This document shows positions 11,700 to 21,381 of a stretch of DNA of 64,000 nt, piece after piece. The notes under the pieces are model-generated. The model was not told the origin of the DNA, did not search any database, and worked only from the letters and a program-made list of their open reading frames with translations. The stretch is from the NCBI GenBank assembly GCA_963701295.1, contig OY969585.1:1312001-1376000 (forward strand). Direction: 5' to 3'. Every line of letters begins with the position of its first letter. The stretch's first letter is position 1. A program made the position numbers and the translations under genes. The DNA comes from Ignavibacteriota bacterium (GTDB lineage: Bacteria > Bacteroidota > Ignavibacteria > UBA10030).

Positions 11700-12145
11700 A
11701 GAAGGTGCTCGTTATCGGCTATGGCAACACACTCCGCGGTGACGATGCTGCGGGGATTCGTGCCGCCGAGTTGATTGCGAAGCGCCGCCCTGAAATCGAA
11801 TGTGTCTGCATGCACCAGCTGATGCCGGAACTGGCTGAACAGATTGCAGTAAGCGATATCGTAATTTTTATTGATGCAGATGTGAATGTTGCAGAACCGA
11901 ATGTGCGTTTGGTTGTGCCCAGTGTTGAGGACGATCAGCCGCGCACACATTTTATCTCCCCGGAATCCTTGTTTCGTCTGAGTCAACAGCTCTATCAGCG
12001 TATGCCGTTGAAAGCGTACGTCATCGGTATTCCTGCCTCACAATTTGAATTCAGTGAAGAATTGTCGGAATCGACGAAGAGAGCAGTAGAGGAAAGTGTA
12101 ATACTGATGGAATCTTTGTTGCTCTCTGGGAATTCAAAGCACTGA
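11696..12145 (+). CDS. hoxW: Hydrogenase maturation protease (HoxW-like)
   Basis: [30 protein letters not shown]; overlaps the hoxH stop. Confidence 0.88.
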   Translation: MKKVLVIGYGNTLRGDDAAGIRAAELIAKRRPEIECVCMHQLMPELAEQIAVSDIVIFIDADVNVAEPNVRLVVPSVEDDQPRTHFISPESLFRLSQQLYQRMPLKAYVIGIPASQFEFSEELSESTKRAVEESVILMESLLLSGNSKH

Positions 12146-12205
12146 AGTCACTGCTGTACCTTTCAAAGAAAAATTACTGCACGCATCTTCAGTATCCTTT
12201 GGTTA

Positions 12206-12574
12206 TCAACGTTTGCCTCTTTGCACTCCCGAATCTCGAGTTCCATTGTTATTATTATCATTCTTTACCGGCGGTGGATTCGGATTGACTGAACCTCGTC
12301 CTGTTTGTATCGGTCGGTGATCATTCGAACTCGGCGGTGGTGAGGATGATCTATCGGAGACATACGTGGCTGGTGGTAAATATTGTGGTTGTCCCGGCAT
12401 ATGTTCCGGAACTGAGGTTGGATAATATACTTGAATATATTCATCAGTTGGCTGAGGAGCCGGAGCGGGTTCAACATAACCATTTTCCGTGGCATCTCCC
12501 ACAAGAAGAACTGAATAGCATCCGGAAAATAAGAAACTAGTAATAAGAAGAGTAAAAACTAATTTCGATTTCAT
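12206..12574 (-). CDS. Hypothetical Pro-rich lipoprotein
   Basis: MKSKLVFTLLITSFLFSGC signal with lipobox, then low-complexity Pro/Ser/Asn tail. Confidence 0.7.
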   Translation of the reverse strand: MKSKLVFTLLITSFLFSGCYSVLLVGDATENGYVEPAPAPQPTDEYIQVYYPTSVPEHMPGQPQYLPPATYVSDRSSSPPPSSNDHRPIQTGRGSVNPNPPPVKNDNNNNGTRDSGVQRGKR

Positions 12575-12977
12575 GTGGGTTATTCTCCATTCATTTTTTA
12601 ATCGTAATGGTATTAACAAGATACTATATATATGCCACAATAAGTAATTGATTTTAAGAGAATTTGTGTAGGCATGGAAGTATAGCGACTTCTTTTATCG
12701 ACAGTGGTGTAGAGAATTTTGTACGAATATGCATTTGCTCGGTAAGCATGTTGCATAGCAGAGCAAATAATCTATCCTCTCAGTTCTTTTCCTAAATTCT
12801 TACTACATTCTTAATACTTATCTTGGAAGTACCTTTAAGGGAAGCACTATCAACTTGAGCACAGTCAAATGTGAGTTTGTTAAGAGGTTGTCGCAATTGG
12901 TTTTGAGCTGACTGTCTTGATTTCTTCGTAACGCCTCATGGAACTGTGAAGAAGAGGTAAGTGTTTTGAAAGGTGCA

Positions 12978-13913
12978 ATGTCGGTGCAACGTAAATATAC
13001 ATTTGGTCCCGTCCCTTCGCGGCGATTAGGATTATCGCTCGGAGTTGATGTTATTCCGAAAAAACTATGCACTCTCGATTGTGTGTACTGCGAAGTCGGA
13101 GTGACCGATAAACGCGGACTCGCGAGGAAAGAATATTTTCTTGCGAAAGATATCCTTGCTGAAGTGAAGGAAGTCATTGCGGAATATCCGAATCTCGATC
13201 ACATCACCATTTCCGGTTCCGGAGAACCGACGCTGAACTCCAAAATCGGCGATATCATTCGCGGTATTAAACAAATGACGGCAGTGCCTGTTGCCGTGCT
13301 GACAAACGGGACATTGCTGGATGATCCAATAGTTCGTCGTGATTTGATGGATGCCGATATCGTTTCACCTTCGCTGGATGCAGTGACGCCGGAAGTGTTC
13401 GGAAAAGTCGACCGGCCTAATCCGAAACTTCGTATAGATAATATCATCGATGGCATTAAAAAATTCCGGCAGGAATACCGCGGCAGAATGTGGATGGAAA
13501 TTCTCTTTGTCAGTGGAATCAATGATCAAAACAATGAAGTTTACAAAATGAAGCACGTGATCGATGAGATTCAACCGGAGAAAGTTCACCTCAACACGGT
13601 TATTCGTCCGCCGGCGTATTCATTTGCCCAACCTACGAGTCAAGAACGCCTAAGGGAAATCCAAAAAATATTGGGTGAGCGAAGCGAAATTGTCTGCATC
13701 TTCAAAGAAACGCATAAAACGCAAGCACATACTACAGACGGGCAAGCGATTCTTGCGCTCCTCAAACGCCGTGCAATGACTGTCGATCAGATGACCATTT
13801 CGTTGGAAATGAAAAAGGAAGAGATCGTAAGCTCGCTCGATCAATTGCTGAAAGGAAAATTTATTAAGACATACATCTTCAACGGGGAAGAATACTTTCA
13901 AGCAGTGTCATAA
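12978..13913 (+). CDS. Radical SAM Fe-S oxidoreductase (COG0731-like)
   Basis: FGPVPSRRLGLSLG, CTLDCVYC (CxxxCxxC), SGSGEPTL, LTNG. Confidence 0.88.
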   Translation: MSVQRKYTFGPVPSRRLGLSLGVDVIPKKLCTLDCVYCEVGVTDKRGLARKEYFLAKDILAEVKEVIAEYPNLDHITISGSGEPTLNSKIGDIIRGIKQMTAVPVAVLTNGTLLDDPIVRRDLMDADIVSPSLDAVTPEVFGKVDRPNPKLRIDNIIDGIKKFRQEYRGRMWMEILFVSGINDQNNEVYKMKHVIDEIQPEKVHLNTVIRPPAYSFAQPTSQERLREIQKILGERSEIVCIFKETHKTQAHTTDGQAILALLKRRAMTVDQMTISLEMKKEEIVSSLDQLLKGKFIKTYIFNGEEYFQAVS

Positions 13914-14119
13914 TCTCACCGGCTCATTCGAGAAAAAATTACAAGCCAAGAAATTGTATTGCGATTCCGCAGAGAAGAATAGAAACGCCTGCAGATGCGT
14001 GGGTGTGCCGCTCGAGCTGTCCGGTGGGGAGGATATTTTTTCTTCCTTAAGATATAGAAGAGATTTTTTTTTCGATACCAACCAAGTCAGAATTCCTTTA
14101 GAATAAAGGATAGAACTTG

Positions 14120-14393
14120 TCACTTGTAGTAGCAGATGTAAGAAACATCGGCATCGGCTTCGACATCGAAGAATGCCTTTGCCGGCACAATGAACTCAGT
14201 TTTTTTTCATTGCTACCCAATCTTTCCCTGGGAGTTTCACTTTCAGTGTTCCTGAAGTAATAGCCATACGTTCTTCTGTCGAAGTCGAAAAAGTAAACTT
14301 ACCGGGTGAAATAACCCCGACTGTTGCATTGCCTCCTTCCGTAGTGAGTCCAAAACTTTGCACTTTACCGTCAAAATAGATATTGTGTTTCAT
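14120..14393 (-). pseudogene. ppnP: Pyrimidine/purine nucleoside phosphorylase PpnP (YaiE), frameshifted in an 8-nt homopolymer
   Basis: HNIYFDGKVQS...ATVGVI.PG.FTFST...E.M; removing one base from the T8 run at 14200-14207 restores EFIVPAKAFFDVEADADVSYICYYK*. Confidence 0.8.
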
Positions 14394-14432
14394 GGTCGTT
14401 CCATTGCATGTGGTTTGATAATAAATATTGTG

Positions 14433-14455
14433 ATGTCAGGACTTATGCCTGACAT
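14433..14455. repeat. Short palindrome between the cupin gene and ppnP
   Basis: ATGTCAGG-N7-CCTGACAT. Confidence 0.35.
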
Positions 14456-14473
14456 GAACATTGATTGATACGA

Positions 14474-14824
14474 TCATAAAGTGATGGAATCGGTGTCCAA
14501 GTACTTCTTATAGTCCTCACGTGGTGGCGAAAAAATTTCCAATACTATTGAGTCTTCTTGTACATCCGCTTGATGTGAAATATTTTTATGAATACACCAA
14601 CTATCGCCTTTTTTCATTTCATATTTCTTCTCTTCTATATGAAGAACGATAGTACCGGAGACCAAATATCCCGTTTGTTCATAAGGATGGCTATGACGTG
14701 GTACGAGGGTACTCTTCGATAATTTAAATTCTGTCATGAGTGTTGCTTCACCGAGTACGAGTGTCTTAATTAGAATTCCCTGTGCCACTACTTGAAAGTT
14801 CTTATCGGAATGACGGCTAATCAT
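14474..14824 (-). CDS. Cupin domain protein
   Basis: PRHSHPYEQTGY and GDSWCI..NISH metal-binding motifs, EIFSPPREDY. Confidence 0.88.
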   Translation of the reverse strand: MISRHSDKNFQVVAQGILIKTLVLGEATLMTEFKLSKSTLVPRHSHPYEQTGYLVSGTIVLHIEEKKYEMKKGDSWCIHKNISHQADVQEDSIVLEIFSPPREDYKKYLDTDSITL

Positions 14825-14912
14825 CTTGTCTCCATAATATGAGTGTCATTGCAATAGTTCATATACATCCTTTAGTTAGAAATGTGAATGCACCTTGCCC
14901 CATTCAACATTA

Positions 14913-15443
14913 TCATTGAGCTAAAAAACGATCCAGGCGTTTTTTCTGACGCAGGTGATGGCGAAAGTGCATCTCGATTAGCTGAAACCATTCCCGCGCA
15001 TTCAAAAAACCAAAAGCAGGATGACCAGTCTTTTGAATTTCAGAAGCGCCGGATAATTTCTGTTCTGTTTCCCGAATTATTTTTATGAGTTTTTCCAAAC
15101 CTGTTTTCATTGCCTCAATATTCGGCGGTTGCTTGGGGGTATATGTTTTCGAAGGCGGAACTTTGATCCGCATTGGAGGGAAGTTTTCAAGAAAAAATAT
15201 AAGCTTCCCCGGAAGCTTCTTTCCCACATTTCTCTCAGTTTGTTTACCTTCAAGACATTGCGCGATTTGTTGTAAATGATAAAGGCGGGCACCGGCAATC
15301 AAATGGTTGTACACCTGCCCGATCGACCAAGAATCTGCATTGGGTTTTTTGGCAAACTCTTCTTCGGAGTATTGGCTCAGGGAAGCCAGCCAGACTTCAG
15401 CAGTTTTTTCAAATTGAGATAAAATCGATTGTGTAATTTTCAT
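14913..15443 (-). CDS. DinB family protein
   Basis: WSIGQVYNHL, HPAFGFL, MHFRHH. Confidence 0.88.
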   Translation of the reverse strand: MKITQSILSQFEKTAEVWLASLSQYSEEEFAKKPNADSWSIGQVYNHLIAGARLYHLQQIAQCLEGKQTERNVGKKLPGKLIFFLENFPPMRIKVPPSKTYTPKQPPNIEAMKTGLEKLIKIIRETEQKLSGASEIQKTGHPAFGFLNAREWFQLIEMHFRHHLRQKKRLDRFLAQ

Positions 15444-16160
15444 GGTTTATAGATCCGGAATATGAACACTGAAAGTCAAAATAAATTCAAATGACACACA
15501 AAAATCAAATTGCTCGTTGAAGAAAAAGAAGTATTGTAGTTAAATTTGTGGCATTGCATTTTGTGACCTCAGATCATATCCTATAGGTGAAAAAAACCGT
15601 TGGATAAAAATGCAGATGCTTCAAAAGTGTAATGAGTTTTCCGTTCAATCGCAATGTGAACCCAATTCGAATCATATTACAGGTAATTGTACGTATTAAT
15701 TAAACGTCTCTTGTTCTCGCAGCTTGAGATATTTTTGCGCTAATCGGAACTCCTGCCGCTCCTATGTCGTCAAACACCGGAAAACAAAATGAGTTTAAAA
15801 CTTGTGATTTAGAAGCAAAATTATGGCGGAGGCTGGGTGCTCTTGGCATCAAGCGGTCAAATCCAACAAGCGGCAACCTCCTTCTTGCTATGCTTGTTCA
15901 TCCGCCATATTTTTTCCACGAGTGTTGGTTAAATTTGCCTTTCCCGATTTGCCTTCAAAATAATTCATTTATTATCCCTCCAAGCATACACTGATGGTGT
16001 GCAATGAAGTTACTGAGAGATAGCTGCCTACTAAAATCTGCAATCTCTGTTGATTTCTATCTTAAAACTGCGAATTCCGTTTGTAGTTGCGGACATTTTT
16101 TGCGAAATTGAATGAAAATTGACTCTGGAAGACGGAACAATTCTTGCCTGAGAAGATTGA

Positions 16161-16178
16161 CTGTGAACATTTTCATCA
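16161..16178 (+). promoter_or_regulatory. Possible Rex-like operator upstream of PFOR
   Basis: CTGTGAA-CATT-TTCATCA, an imperfect match to TTGTGAA-N4-TTCACAA, 22 nt before the ATG. Confidence 0.25.
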
Positions 16179-16200
16179 ACGAATAAAAGAGAAAAATACA

Positions 16201-19200
16201 ATGTCAGACGCGAAGAATGGACGAATAAAAGTTACAATTGACGGCAACGAGGCAGCCGCCTATGTTGCCCATAAACTCAACGAGGTCATAGCAATTTACC
16301 CCATCACCCCTTCATCAAATATGGGCGAATGGGCAGATGAATGGTCGGCATTAGGACGCAAGAACCTGTGGGGCACAATTCCTCAGATAGTCGAAATGCA
16401 GAGTGAAGGCGGCGCTGCAGGTGCAGTGCATGGTGCATTACAAGCCGGAGGTCTTTCCTGCACGTTTACAGCTTCGCAAGGTCTGCTCCTGATGATCCCC
16501 AATATGTTCAAGATCGCCGGTGAACTCACCTCGACAGTCTTTCATATTGCTGCGCGCACCGTTGCAACGCATGCGTTATCGATTTTCGGTGATCATAGTG
16601 ATGTAATGGCAACGCGTGCGACCGGTTGGGCAATGCTCGCGGCAAACTCGGTACAGGAAACGATGGATCTTGCACTCATCGCATATTCATCAACGTTCGA
16701 ATCACGCGTGCCGTTTATCCATTTCTTTGATGGCTTCCGCACATCGCACGAAGTAATGAAGATTGAGCAATTGAGCGATTCCGATTTGAAAGCAATGATC
16801 AACGACGAGTTGATCCAGAAGCTACGCGAACGCGCACTTACACCGGAACATCCGGTGCTTCGAGGTTCTGCACAGAATCCCGATGTTTTTTTTCAGGCGC
16901 GTGAAGCGGCAAACCTCTATTATGATGCTGTTCCCGGCATTGTACAGAAAACTATGGACAAGTTTAAACAGGTCGTTGGTCGTGAATACAAACTCTTCGA
17001 TTACGTCGGTGCACCAGATGCAGAACGTGTTATTGTAATGATGGGCTCTGGTGCCGAGACAGCTCACGAGACAGTGGAATATCTTACGGAGAAAGGTGAG
17101 AACGTTGGCTTACTGAAAATCCGGCTGTATCGCCCATTCTCTATTGAACATTTTGTAAAAGCGCTTCCAGCCACTATAAAGCACATTGCTGTACTGGATC
17201 GCACGAAGGAATCCGGTTCCACCGGCGAGCCGATGTACTTAGATGTCGTAACGGCATTGAGTGAGACTTTTGCCGCCGGTAAAGCTCCGTTCAAAGAGAT
17301 GCCGCGTGTCATCGGTGGACGGTATGGATTATCGTCTAAAGAGTTCACACCGACGATGGTGAAGGCAGTCTTCGATGAAATAAAAAAACCTCAGCCGAAG
17401 AATCACTTTACGGTCGGAATCAATGATGATGTTTCACACACAAGCTTAACTTACGATCCAAACTTCAGTGTTGAGCGAGACGATGTGGTTCGCGCTGTCT
17501 TCTACGGTTTGGGTGCAGACGGAACGGTCGGTGCCAATAAGAACTCTATCAAAATTATCGGCGAAGATACAGACAACTACGCACAAGGGTATTTTGTGTA
17601 CGACTCGAAGAAATCCGGTTCCACCACGACATCGCATTTACGTTTCGGGCCGCGTCCGATCCATTCCATCTATCTCATCGACCGTGCCAGCTTCGTTGCG
17701 TGTCATCAGTGGTTCTTCCTTGAAAAATTTGACGTACTGCAATCGGCAATTCCAGGAAGTACATTTCTATTGAACAGTCTCTATGGGAAGGATGAAGTTT
17801 GGGATCACTTGCCGCGCCACATTCAAAAACAGCTTATCGATAAAAAAATGAAATTGTATGTCATCGATGCATATGATGTGGCAAAGAAAACCGGCATGGG
17901 CAGCCGCGTAAATACAATTATGCAAACTTGCTTTTTTGCCATCTCCGGCGTTCTGCCGAAGGACGAAGCGATTAAAGCCATCAAGTACTCAATTGAAAAA
18001 ACGTACGGGAGAAAAGGCGAAGCGGTTGTTCAGAAAAACTATGAGGCAGTCGATCAGACGCTGGCGAATTTATTTGAAGTTAAAATTCCGTCCAGTGTAA
18101 CGAGCAAGATCGAAATGCCGCCGGTTGTTTCCGACAAGGCGCCGGATTTTGTCAAAAAAGTCACTGCAATGATTATTGCCGGTAATGGTGAACAACTTCC
18201 TGTTTCTGCAATGCCGGTAGATGGCACATTCCCGACAGGGACTGCACAATGGGAGAAGCGAAACATCGCTCTCGAAATCCCTGTGTGGGAAACAGATATC
18301 TGTATTCAGTGCAATAAATGTGCAATGGTTTGTCCGCATGCGGCAATTCGTACCAAGGTATACGATCCTGCAAAATTTGTATCAGTTCCAGCCACTTACA
18401 AATCGATGGATTACAAAGGTGCTGAGTATAAAGGTATGAAGTATACTGTACAGATTGCACCGGAAGATTGCACCGGCTGTACTTTGTGCGTGGAAGTTTG
18501 CCCGGCGAAGAGTAAGAAGGAAGCCAAAGTGAAGGCGATTAACATGAAGCCACAGCCGATTATTCGCGAACAGGAGAAAGCAAATTACGAATTCTTCCTC
18601 GCTTTGCCCGAAGTCGATCGCCGCAATGTGAAGGCCGATTCTGTAAAAGGATCGCAGTTCTTTCTGCCGTTGTTTGAGTACAGCGGCGCATGCTCAGGAT
18701 GCGGTGAAACCCCGTACATAAAACTTGCAAGCCAGTTATTTGGCGACCGAATGCTTATTGCAAATGCAACCGGCTGCACTTCTATCTATGGCGGCAATCT
18801 CCCGACAACGCCGTGGACAAAAAACAGCGACCAGCGAGGTCCAGCATGGTCAAACTCATTGTTTGAGGACAATGCAGAGTTCGGACTCGGTATGCGCCTG
18901 ACGGTTGACAAGCTAAACGAAATGGCGAAAGAGTATGTGACACAGCTTTCGACCGATATCGGTATTGATCTCGCAACTGCACTCATCGATGCTGTCCAAA
19001 GAGACGAAGCGACTATTTATGAGCAGCGTGAACGCGTGAAAATTTTAAAAGATAAGTTGACAGCCATCAAGAAACCCGAAGCGAGGCGTTTATTGAGTAT
19101 CGCAGACAATCTCGTGAAACGCAGCGTGTGGATTATGGGCGGGGATGGCTGGGCATACGATATCGGCTATGGCGGATTAGATCATGTGCTTGCCTCCGGC

Positions 19201-19791
19201 AAAAATGTGAATGTTCTCGTACTAGATACAGAAGTATATTCCAATACCGGCGGTCAGATGTCGAAATCAACAAACCGTGCTGCGGTTGCAAAATTTGCTG
19301 CAGCCGGCAAACCGACTGCCAAGAAAGATCTTAGTTTAATGGCAATGATGTACAATAACGTGTATGTTGCCCGAGTGGCGATGGGTGCCAATGATGCACA
19401 AACAGTACGTGCCTTTATTGAAGCAGAAGCATATAATGGTCCGTCGATCATCATCGCGTATTCACACTGCATTGCGCATGGAATCGATATGGCACGCGGC
19501 ATGACAAATCAAAAAGTGGCGGTCGAGACTGGATATTTTCCGCTTTTCCGGTACAATCCGGAATTAATAAAAGAAGGAAAAAATCCGTTCAAGCTTGATT
19601 CGAAAGCACCAAAAGGAGCGCTCTCAGAATTCACGTCGTTGGAAACACGATTCAATGTGCTGACCAAGAGCAATCCAGGTCGTGCAAAAGAATTGCTGAA
19701 ATTAGCAGAAGGAGATATCAAAGTACGTTGGGCAATATACGAGCAGTTTGCACATGAAGGCAGTGATGTGCAAAAACCTGCTTCGAATTGA
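16201..19791 (+). CDS. nifJ: Pyruvate:ferredoxin (flavodoxin) oxidoreductase, single-chain
   Basis: YPITPSS, MQSEGGAAG, DGFRTSHE, two CxxCxxCxxxCP motifs, GACSGCGETPY, GGDGWAYDIG. Confidence 0.97.
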   Translation: MSDAKNGRIKVTIDGNEAAAYVAHKLNEVIAIYPITPSSNMGEWADEWSALGRKNLWGTIPQIVEMQSEGGAAGAVHGALQAGGLSCTFTASQGLLLMIPNMFKIAGELTSTVFHIAARTVATHALSIFGDHSDVMATRATGWAMLAANSVQETMDLALIAYSSTFESRVPFIHFFDGFRTSHEVMKIEQLSDSDLKAMINDELIQKLRERALTPEHPVLRGSAQNPDVFFQAREAANLYYDAVPGIVQKTMDKFKQVVGREYKLFDYVGAPDAERVIVMMGSGAETAHETVEYLTEKGENVGLLKIRLYRPFSIEHFVKALPATIKHIAVLDRTKESGSTGEPMYLDVVTALSETFAAGKAPFKEMPRVIGGRYGLSSKEFTPTMVKAVFDEIKKPQPKNHFTVGINDDVSHTSLTYDPNFSVERDDVVRAVFYGLGADGTVGANKNSIKIIGEDTDNYAQGYFVYDSKKSGSTTTSHLRFGPRPIHSIYLIDRASFVACHQWFFLEKFDVLQSAIPGSTFLLNSLYGKDEVWDHLPRHIQKQLIDKKMKLYVIDAYDVAKKTGMGSRVNTIMQTCFFAISGVLPKDEAIKAIKYSIEKTYGRKGEAVVQKNYEAVDQTLANLFEVKIPSSVTSKIEMPPVVSDKAPDFVKKVTAMIIAGNGEQLPVSAMPVDGTFPTGTAQWEKRNIALEIPVWETDICIQCNKCAMVCPHAAIRTKVYDPAKFVSVPATYKSMDYKGAEYKGMKYTVQIAPEDCTGCTLCVEVCPAKSKKEAKVKAINMKPQPIIREQEKANYEFFLALPEVDRRNVKADSVKGSQFFLPLFEYSGACSGCGETPYIKLASQLFGDRMLIANATGCTSIYGGNLPTTPWTKNSDQRGPAWSNSLFEDNAEFGLGMRLTVDKLNEMAKEYVTQLSTDIGIDLATALIDAVQRDEATIYEQRERVKILKDKLTAIKKPEARRLLSIADNLVKRSVWIMGGDGWAYDIGYGGLDHVLASGKNVNVLVLDTEVYSNTGGQMSKSTNRAAVAKFAAAGKPTAKKDLSLMAMMYNNVYVARVAMGANDAQTVRAFIEAEAYNGPSIIIAYSHCIAHGIDMARGMTNQKVAVETGYFPLFRYNPELIKEGKNPFKLDSKAPKGALSEFTSLETRFNVLTKSNPGRAKELLKLAEGDIKVRWAIYEQFAHEGSDVQKPASN

Positions 19792-19911
19792 TTCGGAGTA
19801 CTTAACACAATGAAATCGATGGTGCTCAAACCGCTCCGGAATCTTCTGGGCGGTATCTGAAGTTTATGGTGAATGAGTGTGGTCATCCCAAAACTGTGAG
19901 GAGTGGAAGAT

Positions 19912-20910
19912 ATGGAACTATCAACAACTTATCTTGGACTGAAATTAAAAAATCCCATCGTTGCATCAGCGAGTCCATTGTCGCGTTCCATGGATTCGAT
20001 GCGCCAGCTAGAAGATGCAGGCGCGTCGGCCATTGTGATGCATTCCCTCTTTGAAGAACAAATCACGCATGAGGCTGAATCGCTTGATCACTATAAGTCA
20101 TATGGAACGGAGAGTTACGCCGAAGCGCTGACATATTTTCCCGATACTGGCGATTATCATTTTGCACCGGAAGAATATTTAGAACTCGTTGCGAAAGCAG
20201 CCAACAAATTAGATATCCCTGTTATTGCAAGTATGAATGGTTTTACTCCTGGCGGCTGGACAAGCTATGCAAAAAAAATGGCTGAAGCGGGAGCCTCGGC
20301 GTTGGAGTTGAATGTCTACTATTTACCTACTGAAGGAACCATGGCTGGCGTGGACGTTGAGAATCGTTATTCGGATGTTTTGAACCAAGTGCGCGGTGCG
20401 GTGAAGATTCCGATTGCAGTGAAACTGAGTCCGTTTTTCAGTTCGATACCGAATATTGTGCAGCGTCTTGTGAGTGAAGGCGCTGATGGCTTGGTGCTTT
20501 TCAACAGGTTCTATCAGCCTGATATCGATCTGGAAGAATTGGATGTGAAGCCGGGCGTCGAACTAAGCAATTCCTATGCAAATCGTCTGCCCCTGCGCTG
20601 GATTGGGATTTTATTTGGGAAAACAAAAGCAAGCCTTGCAGCAACAAGCGGTGTTCATACAGCTGAAGATGTGCTGAAGTTGACGATGGTGGGTGCAGAT
20701 GTGACGATGATGTGCTCGGCATTACTCATGCACGGCCCGGAATATATCGGCAAAGTATTAAAAGATCTTGAACGCTGGATGCAAGAACATGAGTACGAAT
20801 CCATCGAGCAGATGAAAGGGAGTCTGAGCCATAAATCCATTGCCGAACCTTCTGCGTACGAGCGTGCAAATTATATGAAGGCGCTTAACCGTTACAAGCT
20901 TCTTGCGTAG
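19912..20910 (+). CDS. Dihydroorotate dehydrogenase-like flavoprotein (PFOR-associated family)
   Basis: LSTTYLGLKLKNPIVASASP, SLFEEQI, AVKLSPFFS, LFNRFYQPDID. Confidence 0.88.
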   Translation: MELSTTYLGLKLKNPIVASASPLSRSMDSMRQLEDAGASAIVMHSLFEEQITHEAESLDHYKSYGTESYAEALTYFPDTGDYHFAPEEYLELVAKAANKLDIPVIASMNGFTPGGWTSYAKKMAEAGASALELNVYYLPTEGTMAGVDVENRYSDVLNQVRGAVKIPIAVKLSPFFSSIPNIVQRLVSEGADGLVLFNRFYQPDIDLEELDVKPGVELSNSYANRLPLRWIGILFGKTKASLAATSGVHTAEDVLKLTMVGADVTMMCSALLMHGPEYIGKVLKDLERWMQEHEYESIEQMKGSLSHKSIAEPSAYERANYMKALNRYKLLA

Positions 20911-20955
20911 GAACCGAATCCTCTTTCTCTGTGTTAGCAGGATGAGAGGATTGGA

Positions 20956-21339
20956 ATGAAAAGATTTGCAGAGAACCAAATGAAAAAAAAGATCTTGGTG
21001 AAAGCGCTCAGCAAGAATCTGGAGAAAATGTCTAAATCTCCATGGGTGCGTTCACTTAAAGATGGTAAAGATTTTATCTGTCCCTATTGTGACCAGCCGG
21101 TAAAACCATGCAAATCGAATCCCGCTGCAATGTGCGAAAAAATGCTTCGTGCTGGATCGGAAGGAAAACAAATTGAGGAAGCGTTGAAAGACTACGACGA
21201 AAACAAGTATGGCGTATGTCTTTCTTGTGGCAAAGAAATTTCGACAGCGCATTTGAAGAAGCATCCAACGGCTGAATTGTGTACTCACTGTGTCCGCAAA
21301 GGACACAAAACAGGGAAGAAAAAAACGACAAACGCTTGA
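20956..21339 (+). CDS. TraR/DksA-type C4 zinc-finger protein, atypical
   Basis: IEEAL...YGVCLSCGKEI...L...P.AELCTHC; extra CPYC motif. Confidence 0.7.
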   Translation: MKRFAENQMKKKILVKALSKNLEKMSKSPWVRSLKDGKDFICPYCDQPVKPCKSNPAAMCEKMLRAGSEGKQIEEALKDYDENKYGVCLSCGKEISTAHLKKHPTAELCTHCVRKGHKTGKKKTTNA

Positions 21340-21381
21340 TCGTTATCTTTGTATTTGTGGCCACGTAACGACAAATTTAAT

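Noticed and set aside
15547-15565. Sigma-54 or CRP/FNR site upstream of nifJ
   Set aside because: TGGCAT...TTGT and TGTGA...TCATA both have spacing off by one.
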